DNA of 64,000 nt from Candidatus Pacebacteria bacterium GW2011_GWA1_46_10 (GTDB lineage: Bacteria; Patescibacteriota; Microgenomatia; UBA1400; PJMF01): positions 361,114 through 425,113 of the forward strand of contig LCLP01000001.1 of NCBI GenBank assembly GCA_001002135.1. Direction: 5' to 3'. Shown here in pieces: positions 1 to 9,480 of the stretch; the first letter of the stretch is position 1, and the number at the start of each line of letters is the position of its first letter. The notes beneath the pieces are model-generated. The model was not told the DNA's origin, did no database searches, and saw nothing but the letters and a program-made list of their open reading frames with translations. Position numbers and translations under genes: made by a program.

Positions 1-726
1 GCCATCCTGCAAAAACAGCGTTTGGACGAAGAGATCAGGCTTTTAAATGAGACCTATCGTGGTCAACTGACTGAATACCGCACGGCCGAGAAAGCCTTTC
101 AAATTGCTCGTGATCAGTACCAACAACTGCAAACTTTGGCCTCGATCAATGAAGTGACCGAGGCGGCGCGCCAAGTGATGAAGCTGCGTGGCCAAGTATT
201 GTTAACCTATTTCGAGCTATTAAGAGTCAGACTGATCGCGGCCGAGGGCATTGAGCTCTCGCTCAAAGAACCGCTCTTGCCGAAGATTGAACAGCGCAAA
301 AACTGGTTGCAGCAAGAGCAGCAGTTGATTGCTGCTGCCAATGATCGTGAACAATTTAATACCCTGGCTGATGCGTTCAGTGAGCAACTGCCGCCGCTGC
401 AAGCCACTTCGCAGGAAGCGATTACTTTGTTAACAGTCGGCAAACTGCAGGATGTCTTTGACCGTTTGGCTTTGATTGGGGAGGACCTGACTAAGACTGA
501 AGCCAGTAACAGTGCCCTGGTTGACAGCCGAGCGATGCGTGAAACCAAACGTGCGACCGAGGAAGTGAGAGTAAGTTTTCAGACTATTTGGGATGAACTA
601 CGGCGGAATATTCAGAATGATAACATCAGTAATTTTTATACTAATCTGAGTAAAACGTTGAATCCAGTCTACTCTAATCTGAATAAACTAGCGGCTTTTT
701 TAGCTGAGTTACTACGAATGTTATGA
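1..726 (+). CDS. hypothetical coiled-coil protein, 5' partial (reading frame open to the window edge)
   Basis: Frame 1 is open from nt 1 (AILQKQRLDEEIR...), so the track's TTG at 22 is not a credible start. Helical, Q/E/L-rich sequence with no recognisable catalytic motif. Stop TGA at 724-726 overlaps the ATG of the next ORF. Confidence 0.45.
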   Translation, partial: AILQKQRLDEEIRLLNETYRGQLTEYRTAEKAFQIARDQYQQLQTLASINEVTEAARQVMKLRGQVLLTYFELLRVRLIAAEGIELSLKEPLLPKIEQRKNWLQQEQQLIAAANDREQFNTLADAFSEQLPPLQATSQEAITLLTVGKLQDVFDRLALIGEDLTKTEASNSALVDSRAMRETKRATEEVRVSFQTIWDELRRNIQNDNISNFYTNLSKTLNPVYSNLNKLAAFLAELLRML

Positions 727-1103
727 CAGAAACTCGCTACAACCAAAATCAAACTCAATTTGGCTCCGATGCACCGATCATGGCGACACCGGTGGTGATT
801 GAACCACCGACAGCGTCAAAGGAGAAGCCCCCTTTTTGGCAGAAAATGCCTAAATGGCTGATTGGTTTGGTGATTGTTTTAATAGTTTTTATAGTGGGAG
901 TGTGGCTGGTAGCCTTGACTCAACGATCAGCACCCACTTCAGAGGAGGTAGTCAGTGAGACTGAAACTCCCGAGCGTCAGTTAACCCCTTTGGAAGAACG
1001 ACTGGAAACAGCCCGCGAACTGCTGCGACAGGCCAATCCCACCGTCCAAGAGTTGCCTTTTCCACCGGTTGATACCACCTTACGAATTGATAAAGCCCGC
1101 TGA
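723..1103 (+). CDS. hypothetical membrane-anchored protein (single TM helix)
   Basis: 126 aa. One hydrophobic segment (WLIGLVIVLIVFIVGVWLVAL) follows a Pro-rich N-terminus. The start is translationally coupled to the upstream ORF by an ATGA overlap. Confidence 0.4.
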   Translation: MTETRYNQNQTQFGSDAPIMATPVVIEPPTASKEKPPFWQKMPKWLIGLVIVLIVFIVGVWLVALTQRSAPTSEEVVSETETPERQLTPLEERLETARELLRQANPTVQELPFPPVDTTLRIDKAR

Positions 1104-1133
1104 GTACTCTTTGATAAAGGGTGATCTGCTAAA

Positions 1134-1694
1134 ATGGGATGCATGATAGCTAAAAGTGATTACGTGCCACAATTTCAGCAAGTCTTTGCTCACACCCAGC
1201 TCGAGCTTGGTACTTTGCGCACCGGCCGAGCGTCAGTCCAGCTGTTGGATGGGGTTTTAGTGGAGGCGTATGGGACTAAACTTCACCTGAATGAAGTGGC
1301 CACGGTCAGCGCACCGGATGCTACTTTACTGGTCGTTTCGCCGTGGGATAAAAGCCTCGTTTCAGCCGTGGAAAAAGCCATCCAGCTGGCAAATCTTAAT
1401 CTCAGCCCGGTGGTGGACGGCGAAGTGGTCAAGGTGCCAGTACCGTCACTGACTCAAGAGCGCCGCGAAGAAATGATCAAAGTCTTACATCAGAAAGCGG
1501 AGAGCGGTCGAGTGATGATGCGCTCGACGAGGAGTGATGTCAGGCGCCAGATAGAAGATCAAAAAGGTGAGGCCGGGGTGAGTGAGGATGATATTCAGGC
1601 AGCGTTTGAGGAGCTGGATCGGGTCAGTGCCGAGTGGATCGGCAAAATCGATGAGCTGGTGGCCCATAAGGAAGCGGAGCTAAAGACGCTCTAA
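1134..1694 (+). CDS. frr: ribosome recycling factor
   Basis: 186 aa collinear with RRF: TGRASVQLLDGVLVEAYG, LSPVVDGEVVKVPVPSLTQERREEMIK and a C-terminal helical region ending KEAELKTL. AAAGGG lies upstream of the start. Confidence 0.9.
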   Translation: MGCMIAKSDYVPQFQQVFAHTQLELGTLRTGRASVQLLDGVLVEAYGTKLHLNEVATVSAPDATLLVVSPWDKSLVSAVEKAIQLANLNLSPVVDGEVVKVPVPSLTQERREEMIKVLHQKAESGRVMMRSTRSDVRRQIEDQKGEAGVSEDDIQAAFEELDRVSAEWIGKIDELVAHKEAELKTL

Positions 1695-1700
1695 CTTTTC

Positions 1701-2825
1701 ATGGCAGTCATTATTTTTATCTTACTACTGTCCATTTTGGTCGTGATCCACGAACTGGGTCATTTTTTAGTGGCTCGTCGGCGAAAAGTGGGCGTGGAGG
1801 AGTTTGGTTTTGGCTATCCGCCAAGATTACTGAAGCTTTTTGACTGGCAAGGCACGGTTTTTACCCTGAACGCTATTCCTTTTGGCGGTTTTGTCAAACT
1901 GGAAGGGGAAGAGTATGTGCCGGATACATCGACCAAAAAACGGTCATCGTCAACGGCGTTTTACACCAAATCTGTCTTTGACCGCATCGCGGTGATTGTG
2001 GCCGGGCCGCTGGCTAATATTTTGTTTGGCATGGTGGCTTTCTCAGTGGTGTTTGGGTTGGTTGGCGTCCCGCGGCCGCTCAATGATCGTCCCCGTATCG
2101 GAGAGGTGTCGACCGGCTCGCCGGCGCAACAAGCAGGGATTCAATCTGATTTCGAGTTAGTCGGTTTTCGGCTGTTTGATGATTTTATTGCCACGCCAAA
2201 AATCGAGGATGTGGTGGAGTTTACCAAGCTCAATCAGGGACACACCGTCACGGCAGTTATGACTGGACCGTGTTCGGGTTTGGAGTGTCCCGAAACTCTT
2301 GAGGAAAAAGCAGTCTATATTCGTACCGAGGCCGAAACTCCGGCCGGCCAAGGCTCAATCGGTTTGGTCTTTGCGGACTTTGTTTTTGAGACCGGTCCTT
2401 GGTACTGGCGGGCTATCAGAGGAGTAGCCTACGGTGTCCAGGGAGCGCTTTCGCTGGGAGTGGTGATTGTGGTGGCCGTAGTGGATTTATTTAAGAATTT
2501 AATCATTGGTGGTCAGTTACCTTCAGACATCGCTGGTCCGATCGGCATTGTTCATCAGGCCAGTCAATACCAACTGTTGTCACGAGGAATCGCACCACTC
2601 TTGGAGTTTACTGGGATGTTGTCGATTAACTTAGGGATTATGAACGCTCTGCCCATTCCAGCCTTGGATGGTGGCCGAATACTCTTTATTTTGTTGGAGA
2701 AGATGATTGGCCGGAAGAAAATTCAAAACGTTGAGGGGTACGTACACTACGGTGGGTTTATACTTTTAGTGGGGTTACTTATTCTCATTTCCCTGCGCGA
2801 TGTAGCGCAGATTTTTCAAAGTTAA
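1701..2825 (+). CDS. rseP: RIP metalloprotease RseP-like (site-2 protease, peptidase M50)
   Basis: N-terminal TM helix with the HExxH zinc motif (HELGHFLVARR) typical of RseP. A central soluble, PDZ-like region is followed by C-terminal TM helices with an LDGG-like motif (LPIPALDGGRILF). Confidence 0.8.
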   Translation: MAVIIFILLLSILVVIHELGHFLVARRRKVGVEEFGFGYPPRLLKLFDWQGTVFTLNAIPFGGFVKLEGEEYVPDTSTKKRSSSTAFYTKSVFDRIAVIVAGPLANILFGMVAFSVVFGLVGVPRPLNDRPRIGEVSTGSPAQQAGIQSDFELVGFRLFDDFIATPKIEDVVEFTKLNQGHTVTAVMTGPCSGLECPETLEEKAVYIRTEAETPAGQGSIGLVFADFVFETGPWYWRAIRGVAYGVQGALSLGVVIVVAVVDLFKNLIIGGQLPSDIAGPIGIVHQASQYQLLSRGIAPLLEFTGMLSINLGIMNALPIPALDGGRILFILLEKMIGRKKIQNVEGYVHYGGFILLVGLLILISLRDVAQIFQS

Positions 2826-2827
2826 AG

Positions 2828-3046
2828 ATGTCAAAAAAACGCACCCGCGCCCAAAAAATAAAGGTGGCCACCCACCGACAACGACTGACTGACCGAGCTG
2901 AAAACTCGAGAAAAATAGAGCAGACATCTACCCCCACTCTCCCGACTGCTTTTATCCCGCAGGACTTGGTAAGAGCCCTGGTGGCTACCCTGATTGTGCT
3001 AGGTGTCTTGCTTGCCGTTTTTGTTTATACTAGGATGTCTTTTTAA
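2828..3046 (+). CDS. small basic protein with C-terminal TM helix, hypothetical
   Basis: 72 aa: a K/R-rich N-terminus followed by a hydrophobic C-terminus (LVATLIVLGVLLAVFVY). Confidence 0.3.
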   Translation: MSKKRTRAQKIKVATHRQRLTDRAENSRKIEQTSTPTLPTAFIPQDLVRALVATLIVLGVLLAVFVYTRMSF

Positions 3047-3070
3047 AGTGAAAGGAAAGCTCGATTACTC

Positions 3071-4249
3071 ATGCCAAAAAAACACCTCCTGATTGCCTTA
3101 GTGCTCTACGCCGTTTCGGCGGTGGCTTCTTTTAGCGCTTTTTCATACTTCGAAAGATCAAAAGTAGTTCTCCCTGGTGAAATCCAAAATGGCGAGACCT
3201 TGTTGGGGGCGTTGCTGACCATTGACCCTAATGCGCCGCGAGATCAGGAGTGTCCACTTAATGGCCGGTTATATACTCAAGTGGAGCGAGAAGCTTGGGA
3301 AAAACGGCGACCATTATTTGTAATGATCGAAAACCATCCTGATGCCAGACCGCAGTCGGGCTTGAGTCGCGCGGACGTGGTCTTTGAAGCAGTGGCAGAA
3401 GGTGGAGTGACTCGGTTTGGCGCTCTTTTTTATTGTGCGGCTCAAGTGCAAGACTTGACTTTGGCGCCAGTTCGCTCAGCCCGCAGTTATTTTGTTGACT
3501 GGGCCTCTGGCTTTAATTTCCCAATGTATGTTCACGTGGGTGGAGCGAACGTACCAGGTCCGACCGATGCGCTGGGCCAGATTAATCAATATGGCTGGGC
3601 GTTGGAAAATGATCTTAACCAGTTTTCGGTCGGGTATCCCACTTTTGTGAGAGATTACAACCGAGTGGATGGCAAAGATTTAGCTACCGAGCACACCATG
3701 GTCACGACGTCCGAGAAACTGTGGAAAGTGGCGCAGGAGCGTGGCTGGACAAACATGTCCCCAGACCAAGTGATCAATCGTCGAGTAGTCCCTGGGTCTG
3801 ATTGGAAAGCGGGTTTTGAGTCCTGGGCATTTGAAGAAAACCCCTCACCAGCTGGCAGTGTCACCAACGTCAAATATGATTTTTGGAGCGGCTATGGCGA
3901 CTACTCGGTGGAATGGAACTATGACACCGACAAAAATGCGTATTTGAGAAAAGTGGGTGGGCAATCCGATGTTGACTTGAATAATGACGAACAGATTGCG
4001 GCCAAGAACGTGGTGGTGCTTTTTACCACCGAGAAGGGCCCGATTAACGAGAAAAAACACATGATGTATGGCACCACCGGCACTGGGAAGGCACTGATTT
4101 TCAAACACGGTGAAGCGATCGAGGCCACCTGGAGTAAAAAGGCTCGTACTGATGAGCTCCGTTTCTTGGTGAACGGGAAAGATGTTGAAATGGCTCGTGG
4201 TCTGACATGGATTTCGGTGGTTGGTACGACCAATGAAGTAGCTTATTGA
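3071..4249 (+). CDS. DUF3048-family secreted/lipoprotein (YerB-like)
   Basis: Signal/TM segment (LLIALVLYAVSAVASFSA), then the family-typical block IENHPDARPQSGLSRADVVFEAVAEGGVTRF. Confidence 0.6.
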   Translation: MPKKHLLIALVLYAVSAVASFSAFSYFERSKVVLPGEIQNGETLLGALLTIDPNAPRDQECPLNGRLYTQVEREAWEKRRPLFVMIENHPDARPQSGLSRADVVFEAVAEGGVTRFGALFYCAAQVQDLTLAPVRSARSYFVDWASGFNFPMYVHVGGANVPGPTDALGQINQYGWALENDLNQFSVGYPTFVRDYNRVDGKDLATEHTMVTTSEKLWKVAQERGWTNMSPDQVINRRVVPGSDWKAGFESWAFEENPSPAGSVTNVKYDFWSGYGDYSVEWNYDTDKNAYLRKVGGQSDVDLNNDEQIAAKNVVVLFTTEKGPINEKKHMMYGTTGTGKALIFKHGEAIEATWSKKARTDELRFLVNGKDVEMARGLTWISVVGTTNEVAY

Positions 4250-4320
4250 GCCCTACCTGCGGCAGGCAGGCCTGTCTACCGACGGGTAAGACCTGTCTCC
4301 CGACAGGCAAGCCCTGTCCT
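4250..4320. repeat. GC-rich tandem imperfect repeats that form alternative hairpins between the DUF3048 gene and the next gene
   Basis: CCTGTCTACCGACGGGTAAGA / CCTGTCTCCCGACAGGCAAGC / CCTGTCC. These give perfect 6-bp stems CCTGTC-tccc-GACAGG and GACAGG-caagc-CCTGTC, plus a CCTGC-G-GCAGG palindrome. No T-tract follows. Confidence 0.45.
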
Positions 4321-4325
4321 CGTGC

Positions 4326-4331
4326 TATAAT
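4326..4331 (+). promoter_or_regulatory. candidate -10 hexamer (TATAAT) upstream of the 4353/4359 gene
   Basis: gtgcTATAATtgag lies 27 nt upstream of ATG 4359, with AAAGGG as a Shine-Dalgarno sequence. Confidence 0.3.
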
Positions 4332-4352
4332 TGAGTACATAAAGGGTTCATT

Positions 4353-4958
4353 TTGTTTATGGCAGACCTACGCGATCTGGTAATTTCACGAGTGAGAGTT
4401 AAGATGCTGGAGTTATTTTTCAATAACACTGAAGAAATGTATTATGTGCGCCAGATTACCCGGGAAATCAAGGAAGAAATTAATGCCGTGCGACGGGAAC
4501 TCGATCGGCTGCTGGGCGCCGGGGTCCTCAAGAGTGAGCAGCGCGGCAATCGGTTGTATTACTCGCTCAATAAACGCTACTTGTTTTACCAAGAACTCCA
4601 GCAAATAGTGGTCAAGAGTGCTGGTTTGGGTCAGAAAATTAGGCGTTTACGCCGGAAACTCGGGGATCTCACGTTTGTGATGTTTTCTGGTAAGTTTGTC
4701 CGGGGAGTCCCGCCTTCGCCAGACGAGGTGGAGGTGCTGATTGTCGGCGCGGTGGTTTTGCCGGAGCTGCAGGCTTTGATGAAAGAGGAAGAGAAACGCT
4801 TGGGCCGCGAGGTGAACTACGCAGTTTTCACGCCAGAAGAGTTTGATTTTCGTAAAACTCGACGAGACCCATTTATCATGGAGATTTTGTATAACACTCG
4901 GGTGATGGTGATCGGCAGTGAAGATGAGTTTGCTCATCGCCAAGTGCAAGGTCTATGA
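4353..4958 (+). CDS. winged-helix DNA-binding domain fused to a minimal nucleotidyltransferase (MNT-like) domain
   Basis: N-terminus resembles an HTH/wHTH (MYYVRQITREIKEEINAVRRELDRLLGAGVL). C-terminus has an MNT-type motif FSGKFVRGVPPSPDEVEVLIVG (GS-x-aRG...D-x-D/E). Track start 4353 is TTG; ATG at 4359 is more likely. Confidence 0.45.
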   Translation: MFMADLRDLVISRVRVKMLELFFNNTEEMYYVRQITREIKEEINAVRRELDRLLGAGVLKSEQRGNRLYYSLNKRYLFYQELQQIVVKSAGLGQKIRRLRRKLGDLTFVMFSGKFVRGVPPSPDEVEVLIVGAVVLPELQALMKEEEKRLGREVNYAVFTPEEFDFRKTRRDPFIMEILYNTRVMVIGSEDEFAHRQVQGL

Positions 4959-6361
4959 GTTGGTTTCAGTCGAGACTAGTCAGGCGCTTGGTTTTCATCG
5001 GTTTGCTCACTCTCTTTGCTACTTGGTTGGCGCTGCCAGCCAGTCTACCGGTGAAGTTTCGTTTGGGTTTATGGCAGGTTGATCGAGTGGTGCAGTTGCC
5101 TCGGTTGGCTTTTTCACTGTTTGGCAAGCCAGTCAGCAATACTCAGCCAATTAAACTTGGCTTGGATTTGCAAGGCGGGATGCAGGTTGTGCTGATGGCC
5201 GACATGACTGATATTGCCCCGGCGGATCAGGAAGATGCACTGCTGGCTGCTCAAGAAATTATTCGTCGCCGAGTCGATTTGTACGGTGTGAATGAACCAG
5301 TTGTTCAGACTTCGCGCGCTGGTGATGAATATCGGTTGATTGTGGAGTTGCCAGGTATTGCTAATCCGCAGGAAGCGCTAGCGTTGGTGGGTCGGACAGC
5401 AGAACTAGAATTTCGCTTAGAGGGGAAAATTGAGGAGCGGCTTGATCCTTCACAACCAGTGTATTTGATTAATGAACAACAGTTTCAGGCCACTGGTTTA
5501 ACTGGTCGGCAGTTGCGAAAAGCCAGTGTTCAATTTGACCAAAACACTGGTGAACCGCTGATTAGTTTGCAGTTTAACGATGAGGGGAGTCAGTTGTTTG
5601 CGCAGATTACGACTGATCACGTGGGCAAACGGTTGGGTATTTTTATTGACGGAGCGCCGGTTACCCTGCCACAGATTGCTGGGCCAATTCCCAACGGTCA
5701 GGCCGTGATTACCGGTGGTTTTACACTGGAGCAAGCCAAACAACTGGCTATTCAGCTCAATGCTGGGGCGTTGCCGGTGCCAATCTCGGTCTTGGAACAG
5801 CGGACAGTTGGAGCCAGTTTGGGAGAGGTCTCGATCCGGCAAAGTGTGTTTGCGGGGGTGGTTGGTTTGGCACTGGTAGCGCTGTTTATGGTGCTCAATT
5901 ATGGTTTTCATGGCGGGGTGGCTGGGGTGGCGTTGAGTATTTACGCTGTGCTGACGGTGGCCTTGTATAAAATGATGGGGGTGACCCTGACCTTGCCTGG
6001 CATTGCCGGACTGTTGTTGTCGGTCGGTATGGCAGTAGATGCGAATATCCTCATTTTTGAGCGGTTTAAAGAAGAGTTTCGCTTGGGGCATACCTATCGC
6101 AATGCCCTCGAGCTTGGTTTTGGGCGGGCTTGGGAAAGTATTAAAGATGCTAACTTGGCAACTATTTTAACGGCGCTGGTGTTGATCAATCCCCTTAATC
6201 TTGACTGGTTGGCACGAAGCGGTCTAGTGCGTGGGTTTGGTATCACGTTACTGATTGGGGTGTTACTGAGTTTGTTTACTGGAGTGGTGGTCAGCCGGAA
6301 TTTACTGCGCGCGGCCGCCCCATGGTTAGAAAAATTGTATATAAAGGGGAGAAAATCATGA
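4955..6361 (+). CDS. secD: protein translocase subunit SecD
   Basis: Hallmark GLDLQGGMQVVL motif, a large periplasmic domain, then six C-terminal TM helices. Confidence 0.85.
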   Translation: MSWFQSRLVRRLVFIGLLTLFATWLALPASLPVKFRLGLWQVDRVVQLPRLAFSLFGKPVSNTQPIKLGLDLQGGMQVVLMADMTDIAPADQEDALLAAQEIIRRRVDLYGVNEPVVQTSRAGDEYRLIVELPGIANPQEALALVGRTAELEFRLEGKIEERLDPSQPVYLINEQQFQATGLTGRQLRKASVQFDQNTGEPLISLQFNDEGSQLFAQITTDHVGKRLGIFIDGAPVTLPQIAGPIPNGQAVITGGFTLEQAKQLAIQLNAGALPVPISVLEQRTVGASLGEVSIRQSVFAGVVGLALVALFMVLNYGFHGGVAGVALSIYAVLTVALYKMMGVTLTLPGIAGLLLSVGMAVDANILIFERFKEEFRLGHTYRNALELGFGRAWESIKDANLATILTALVLINPLNLDWLARSGLVRGFGITLLIGVLLSLFTGVVVSRNLLRAAAPWLEKLYIKGRKS

Positions 6362-7215
6362 GATTTATGAGGTATCGCCCCTGGTTTTTCGCGCTGTCAC
6401 TGTTGGTGATTATTCCAGGTTTGGTTTCGCTCTTACGGTTTGGTTTCCGGCCAGCGATTGACTTTACGGGTGGTTCACTGCTGGTATTTCGGTTTGAGCA
6501 TGAGGTGACCAGTGATCAGTTGACCTCAGTTGAGTCAGCCAGGGAATTTACTGCTGTGCAAAATGCTGGTGAGCGAACTTGGCTCTTGCGCGGTAAACCG
6601 ATCAGTAACGAAGAGAAAGAACAGTTTGTCCAAGCGGTCAGTGAAGAAGTTGGCCAGGTTGAAGTGCAGCGGTTTGAGACAGTGGGGCCAACTTTGGGCA
6701 AAGAGTTGTTGACAAAAATGCTGACGGCGGGGTTGATCGTGACAGTGTTCATTTTACTTTATGTAGCGCGCCAATTTAAAAATTTCCAGTTTGGTTTGGC
6801 CGCCATCATTGCCATGTTCCACGACTCACTGGTTTTGTTGGGGAGTTTCAGTTTATTGGGTTATTTTTATGATGTGGAGATTGATGTGTTGTTTGTGACG
6901 GCCATGCTAACCACCCTTTCGTTTTCGGTCCATGACACCATTGTGGTTTTTGACCGCATTCGGGAGTTACAGCATAAGTATCCTAAATACTCTTTGATTG
7001 ATACGGCTGATCGAGCAATTTCCGAAACACTGGTGCGCTCACTGAATAACTCGTTAACCATCATCTTGATGTTGTTGGCGTTAGTTTTGATGGGTGGGGA
7101 GTCGATTCGGTGGTTTGCCGTAGCCTTACTGATCGGGGCCGTGACTGGCACGTATTCAAGTACTTTCACGGCGGTGCCATTATTGGTGGTCTTGGGGAGA
7201 AGCAAGAGTCACTAA
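6358..7215 (+). CDS. secF: protein translocase subunit SecF
   Basis: MRFMRYRP..., IDFTGGS motif and C-terminal TM bundle. ATG 6358 overlaps the secD stop (ATGA). AAAGGGGAG is a Shine-Dalgarno sequence. Track start 6322 is probably too early. Confidence 0.85.
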   Translation: MRFMRYRPWFFALSLLVIIPGLVSLLRFGFRPAIDFTGGSLLVFRFEHEVTSDQLTSVESAREFTAVQNAGERTWLLRGKPISNEEKEQFVQAVSEEVGQVEVQRFETVGPTLGKELLTKMLTAGLIVTVFILLYVARQFKNFQFGLAAIIAMFHDSLVLLGSFSLLGYFYDVEIDVLFVTAMLTTLSFSVHDTIVVFDRIRELQHKYPKYSLIDTADRAISETLVRSLNNSLTIILMLLALVLMGGESIRWFAVALLIGAVTGTYSSTFTAVPLLVVLGRSKSH

Positions 7216-8846
7216 ATTAGAGTCTTGGCTTTGGTCAACAATTTTTCTTTGGCGTTGAGCTCAGGGTCCTCCAAAACCATTTCAAATAATTGAGTAAGGA
7301 GATCACCGAGTTGCTTGCCGGGTTTTAAGTTCAGTGCTTTCATCAGGTCATGGCCGTCGATGGCCAAATCATGCACACTCAATGGTTGGTTGAGTTGTTC
7401 AATCATTCGCTGTTTCATTTCTTCCAGTCGCCAGCTAGTTTTGCGGGCACCGCTGCCGAGCCGATCGGCCTCCCGCAAGTCCAGGATGTCATCGATGTTT
7501 TCCAGCCCCACTTTACGCATAAAGCGACGAATGGCGGCATCAGTATTGTGCGGCTGGTAATAGAACATGTGGTAGCGGACCAGAGTAAAAATTCGGTCGG
7601 TGTCGTTTTTAGACAGTTTGAAACGTTGGGCAACTTTCACCGCCATTCTAGAGCCAACGATTTCATGGTTATAAAAGGTGATTTTGCCAGCCGTGATTTT
7701 TTGTGTACGTGGTTTGGCAATGTCGTGAAGTAAGGTGGCAAGGCGCACGATCGGATCAAGAGAAGGGCAGTGATCAACTGAGTCGAGGGTATGAGTCCAG
7801 ACATCGGTGTTATGATGACCGCCTTGTTCCACCCCCTTTCCTTCCAGTAGTTCCGGCAAGATATGGGCGAGCAACCCGGTTTCATCCATCAACTCAATCC
7901 CCCGCTTGGGGAGGGGACTGACGAGCATTTTGAAGAATTCGTCTTGAATGCGCTCCCAGCTAATATGGGCAATCAAAGGGGAGTGTTCTTTAATGGCTTG
8001 GAGTGTTAATGGATCAATCTCCATTACCAATTGCACCGTAAAGCGGAGAGCTCGCAGTAGACGCAGAGCATCTTCCTTAAACCTGACATTGGGGTCACCA
8101 ACGGCCTTGACGACTCGTTTGGCTAGATCTTGCACTCCTTTGTGTGGGTCGACCAAGGTATAGTCAGCGCTTTTTAGCGTCACGGTGGGCGGAATGACCT
8201 TGTGGGCAAAAATCTCTTCCAGATTATGCTGGGGGATTTTCAGCGCCATGGCATTAATGGTGAAGTCGCGCCGCATCAGGTCATCCTCGACTGTTTTACC
8301 CCAAGTGACGGTGGTTGGCCGCCGGTGGTCATCATACGCGCCGTCGGCCCGATAGGTAGTAATCTCAAATGGTTTTGGCTTGGGTAGTTCGATAGTTTGA
8401 TCAGGCGCCGCCAGCGAACTGTGGAGTTTTGATGCCCGAGAGAGATCAATCAGTTTGGGTTGATGCTCTTTGGCTAGGCATGATTGATATAAAGTGGTCA
8501 GCTTCTGCTCTGGTAGCTGGAAATGCTGTTTTTCTAGCAGTTGCCAGAGGTTTTCATGGGTGACGCCGACCGTGCCGAAAGTGTTTTCGTAAAAATTTTC
8601 CGGAAATAATTGTTGGATTTCTGCCGGTTTGGCATTAGTAGTGAAATCGTAGTCGATGGTGGCCAGCCTCTCACCACTGGTGTTGATGGCTGCTTGGATA
8701 ATAAGATCTCTGACTGCCCCACCCACCAGAAAAGCCTCGAAACCGGCTTGCTGGAGAGTGTGAAGAATAAATAAAACTTCAAACGGCAGCTGCAATTTCA
8801 TCAACTCATTATAGATGATCTTGGGGCTCGCAGGGAGATTTGCCAA
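7212..8846 (-). CDS. cca: CCA tRNA nucleotidyltransferase with C-terminal HD domain
   Basis: N-terminal polymerase-beta-like NTase with GGAVRDLI. C-terminal HD domain (LLHDIAKP). 544 aa. Confidence 0.75.
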   Translation of the reverse strand: MANLPASPKIIYNELMKLQLPFEVLFILHTLQQAGFEAFLVGGAVRDLIIQAAINTSGERLATIDYDFTTNAKPAEIQQLFPENFYENTFGTVGVTHENLWQLLEKQHFQLPEQKLTTLYQSCLAKEHQPKLIDLSRASKLHSSLAAPDQTIELPKPKPFEITTYRADGAYDDHRRPTTVTWGKTVEDDLMRRDFTINAMALKIPQHNLEEIFAHKVIPPTVTLKSADYTLVDPHKGVQDLAKRVVKAVGDPNVRFKEDALRLLRALRFTVQLVMEIDPLTLQAIKEHSPLIAHISWERIQDEFFKMLVSPLPKRGIELMDETGLLAHILPELLEGKGVEQGGHHNTDVWTHTLDSVDHCPSLDPIVRLATLLHDIAKPRTQKITAGKITFYNHEIVGSRMAVKVAQRFKLSKNDTDRIFTLVRYHMFYYQPHNTDAAIRRFMRKVGLENIDDILDLREADRLGSGARKTSWRLEEMKQRMIEQLNQPLSVHDLAIDGHDLMKALNLKPGKQLGDLLTQLFEMVLEDPELNAKEKLLTKAKTLI

Positions 8847-8891
8847 GAGAGCAAATTCTAGTGTAGGATATCCTTAAAGGAGGGTGTCACC

Positions 8892-9476
8892 ATGAAAAAA
8901 GTATTACCAATTCTCCTCAGTCTTTCCTTGGTTTTTTTAGCAGGTACCGCAGTGGGAGCTCAAACCACTGACCGGCCGGCGAGAACCCAGCCAATACGCC
9001 CTGAAGCCATAGAGGCGCTTGAAATCAGGCAGGAGGAGCGCCAAGCCCAACGCCAGCAATGGCTCGACCAACGGTGTGATGTTTTAGAAAATCACCTCTC
9101 GGTCCAAATTAATCGGTACCAAAATAATGCTGATAAGCACACCGCCCGCTATGAGCGGATGGTGGCGCGATTAAACGCTTTGGTGGCTCGGTTACAGGCG
9201 GATGGGGTGGACACCACCAAATTGGAAGCAGCCATCGGTGTTTTCACCGAAAAAGTGCAGTTGTTTGCTCACAATGCGGCTAGCTACGTCGAGTCACTCA
9301 AAGCCACCCAGGGCTTTGCCTGTGGTGAATCAGAAGGTGATTTCCGTAACGTTTTGGTTGAATCGCGCTCGCTTTTACAAATCTTGCGAGAGAACGTCCT
9401 GGAGATCAGGACTTATTGGCAAGAAACGCTGCGACCACTGATTACCCAGTTAGTATCAACAGACTCTGAGGAGTAA
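8892..9476 (+). CDS. secreted hypothetical protein (signal peptide)
   Basis: MKKVLPILLSLSLVFLAGTAVGA signal peptide, a helical Q/R-rich body and two Cys. Strong Shine-Dalgarno sequence AAAGGAGGG. Confidence 0.4.
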   Translation: MKKVLPILLSLSLVFLAGTAVGAQTTDRPARTQPIRPEAIEALEIRQEERQAQRQQWLDQRCDVLENHLSVQINRYQNNADKHTARYERMVARLNALVARLQADGVDTTKLEAAIGVFTEKVQLFAHNAASYVESLKATQGFACGESEGDFRNVLVESRSLLQILRENVLEIRTYWQETLRPLITQLVSTDSEE

Positions 9477-9480
9477 AAGT

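Noticed and set aside
207-6091. Numerous antisense or shadow ORFs in the six-frame track (e.g. 207..548 -, 3845..4108 -, 4647..4949 -, 5498..6091 -)
   Set aside because: They lie entirely within, and opposite to, strongly supported genes (frr neighbour, DUF3048, secD). They have Cys/Ser/Arg-rich compositions typical of antisense frames and no start context.
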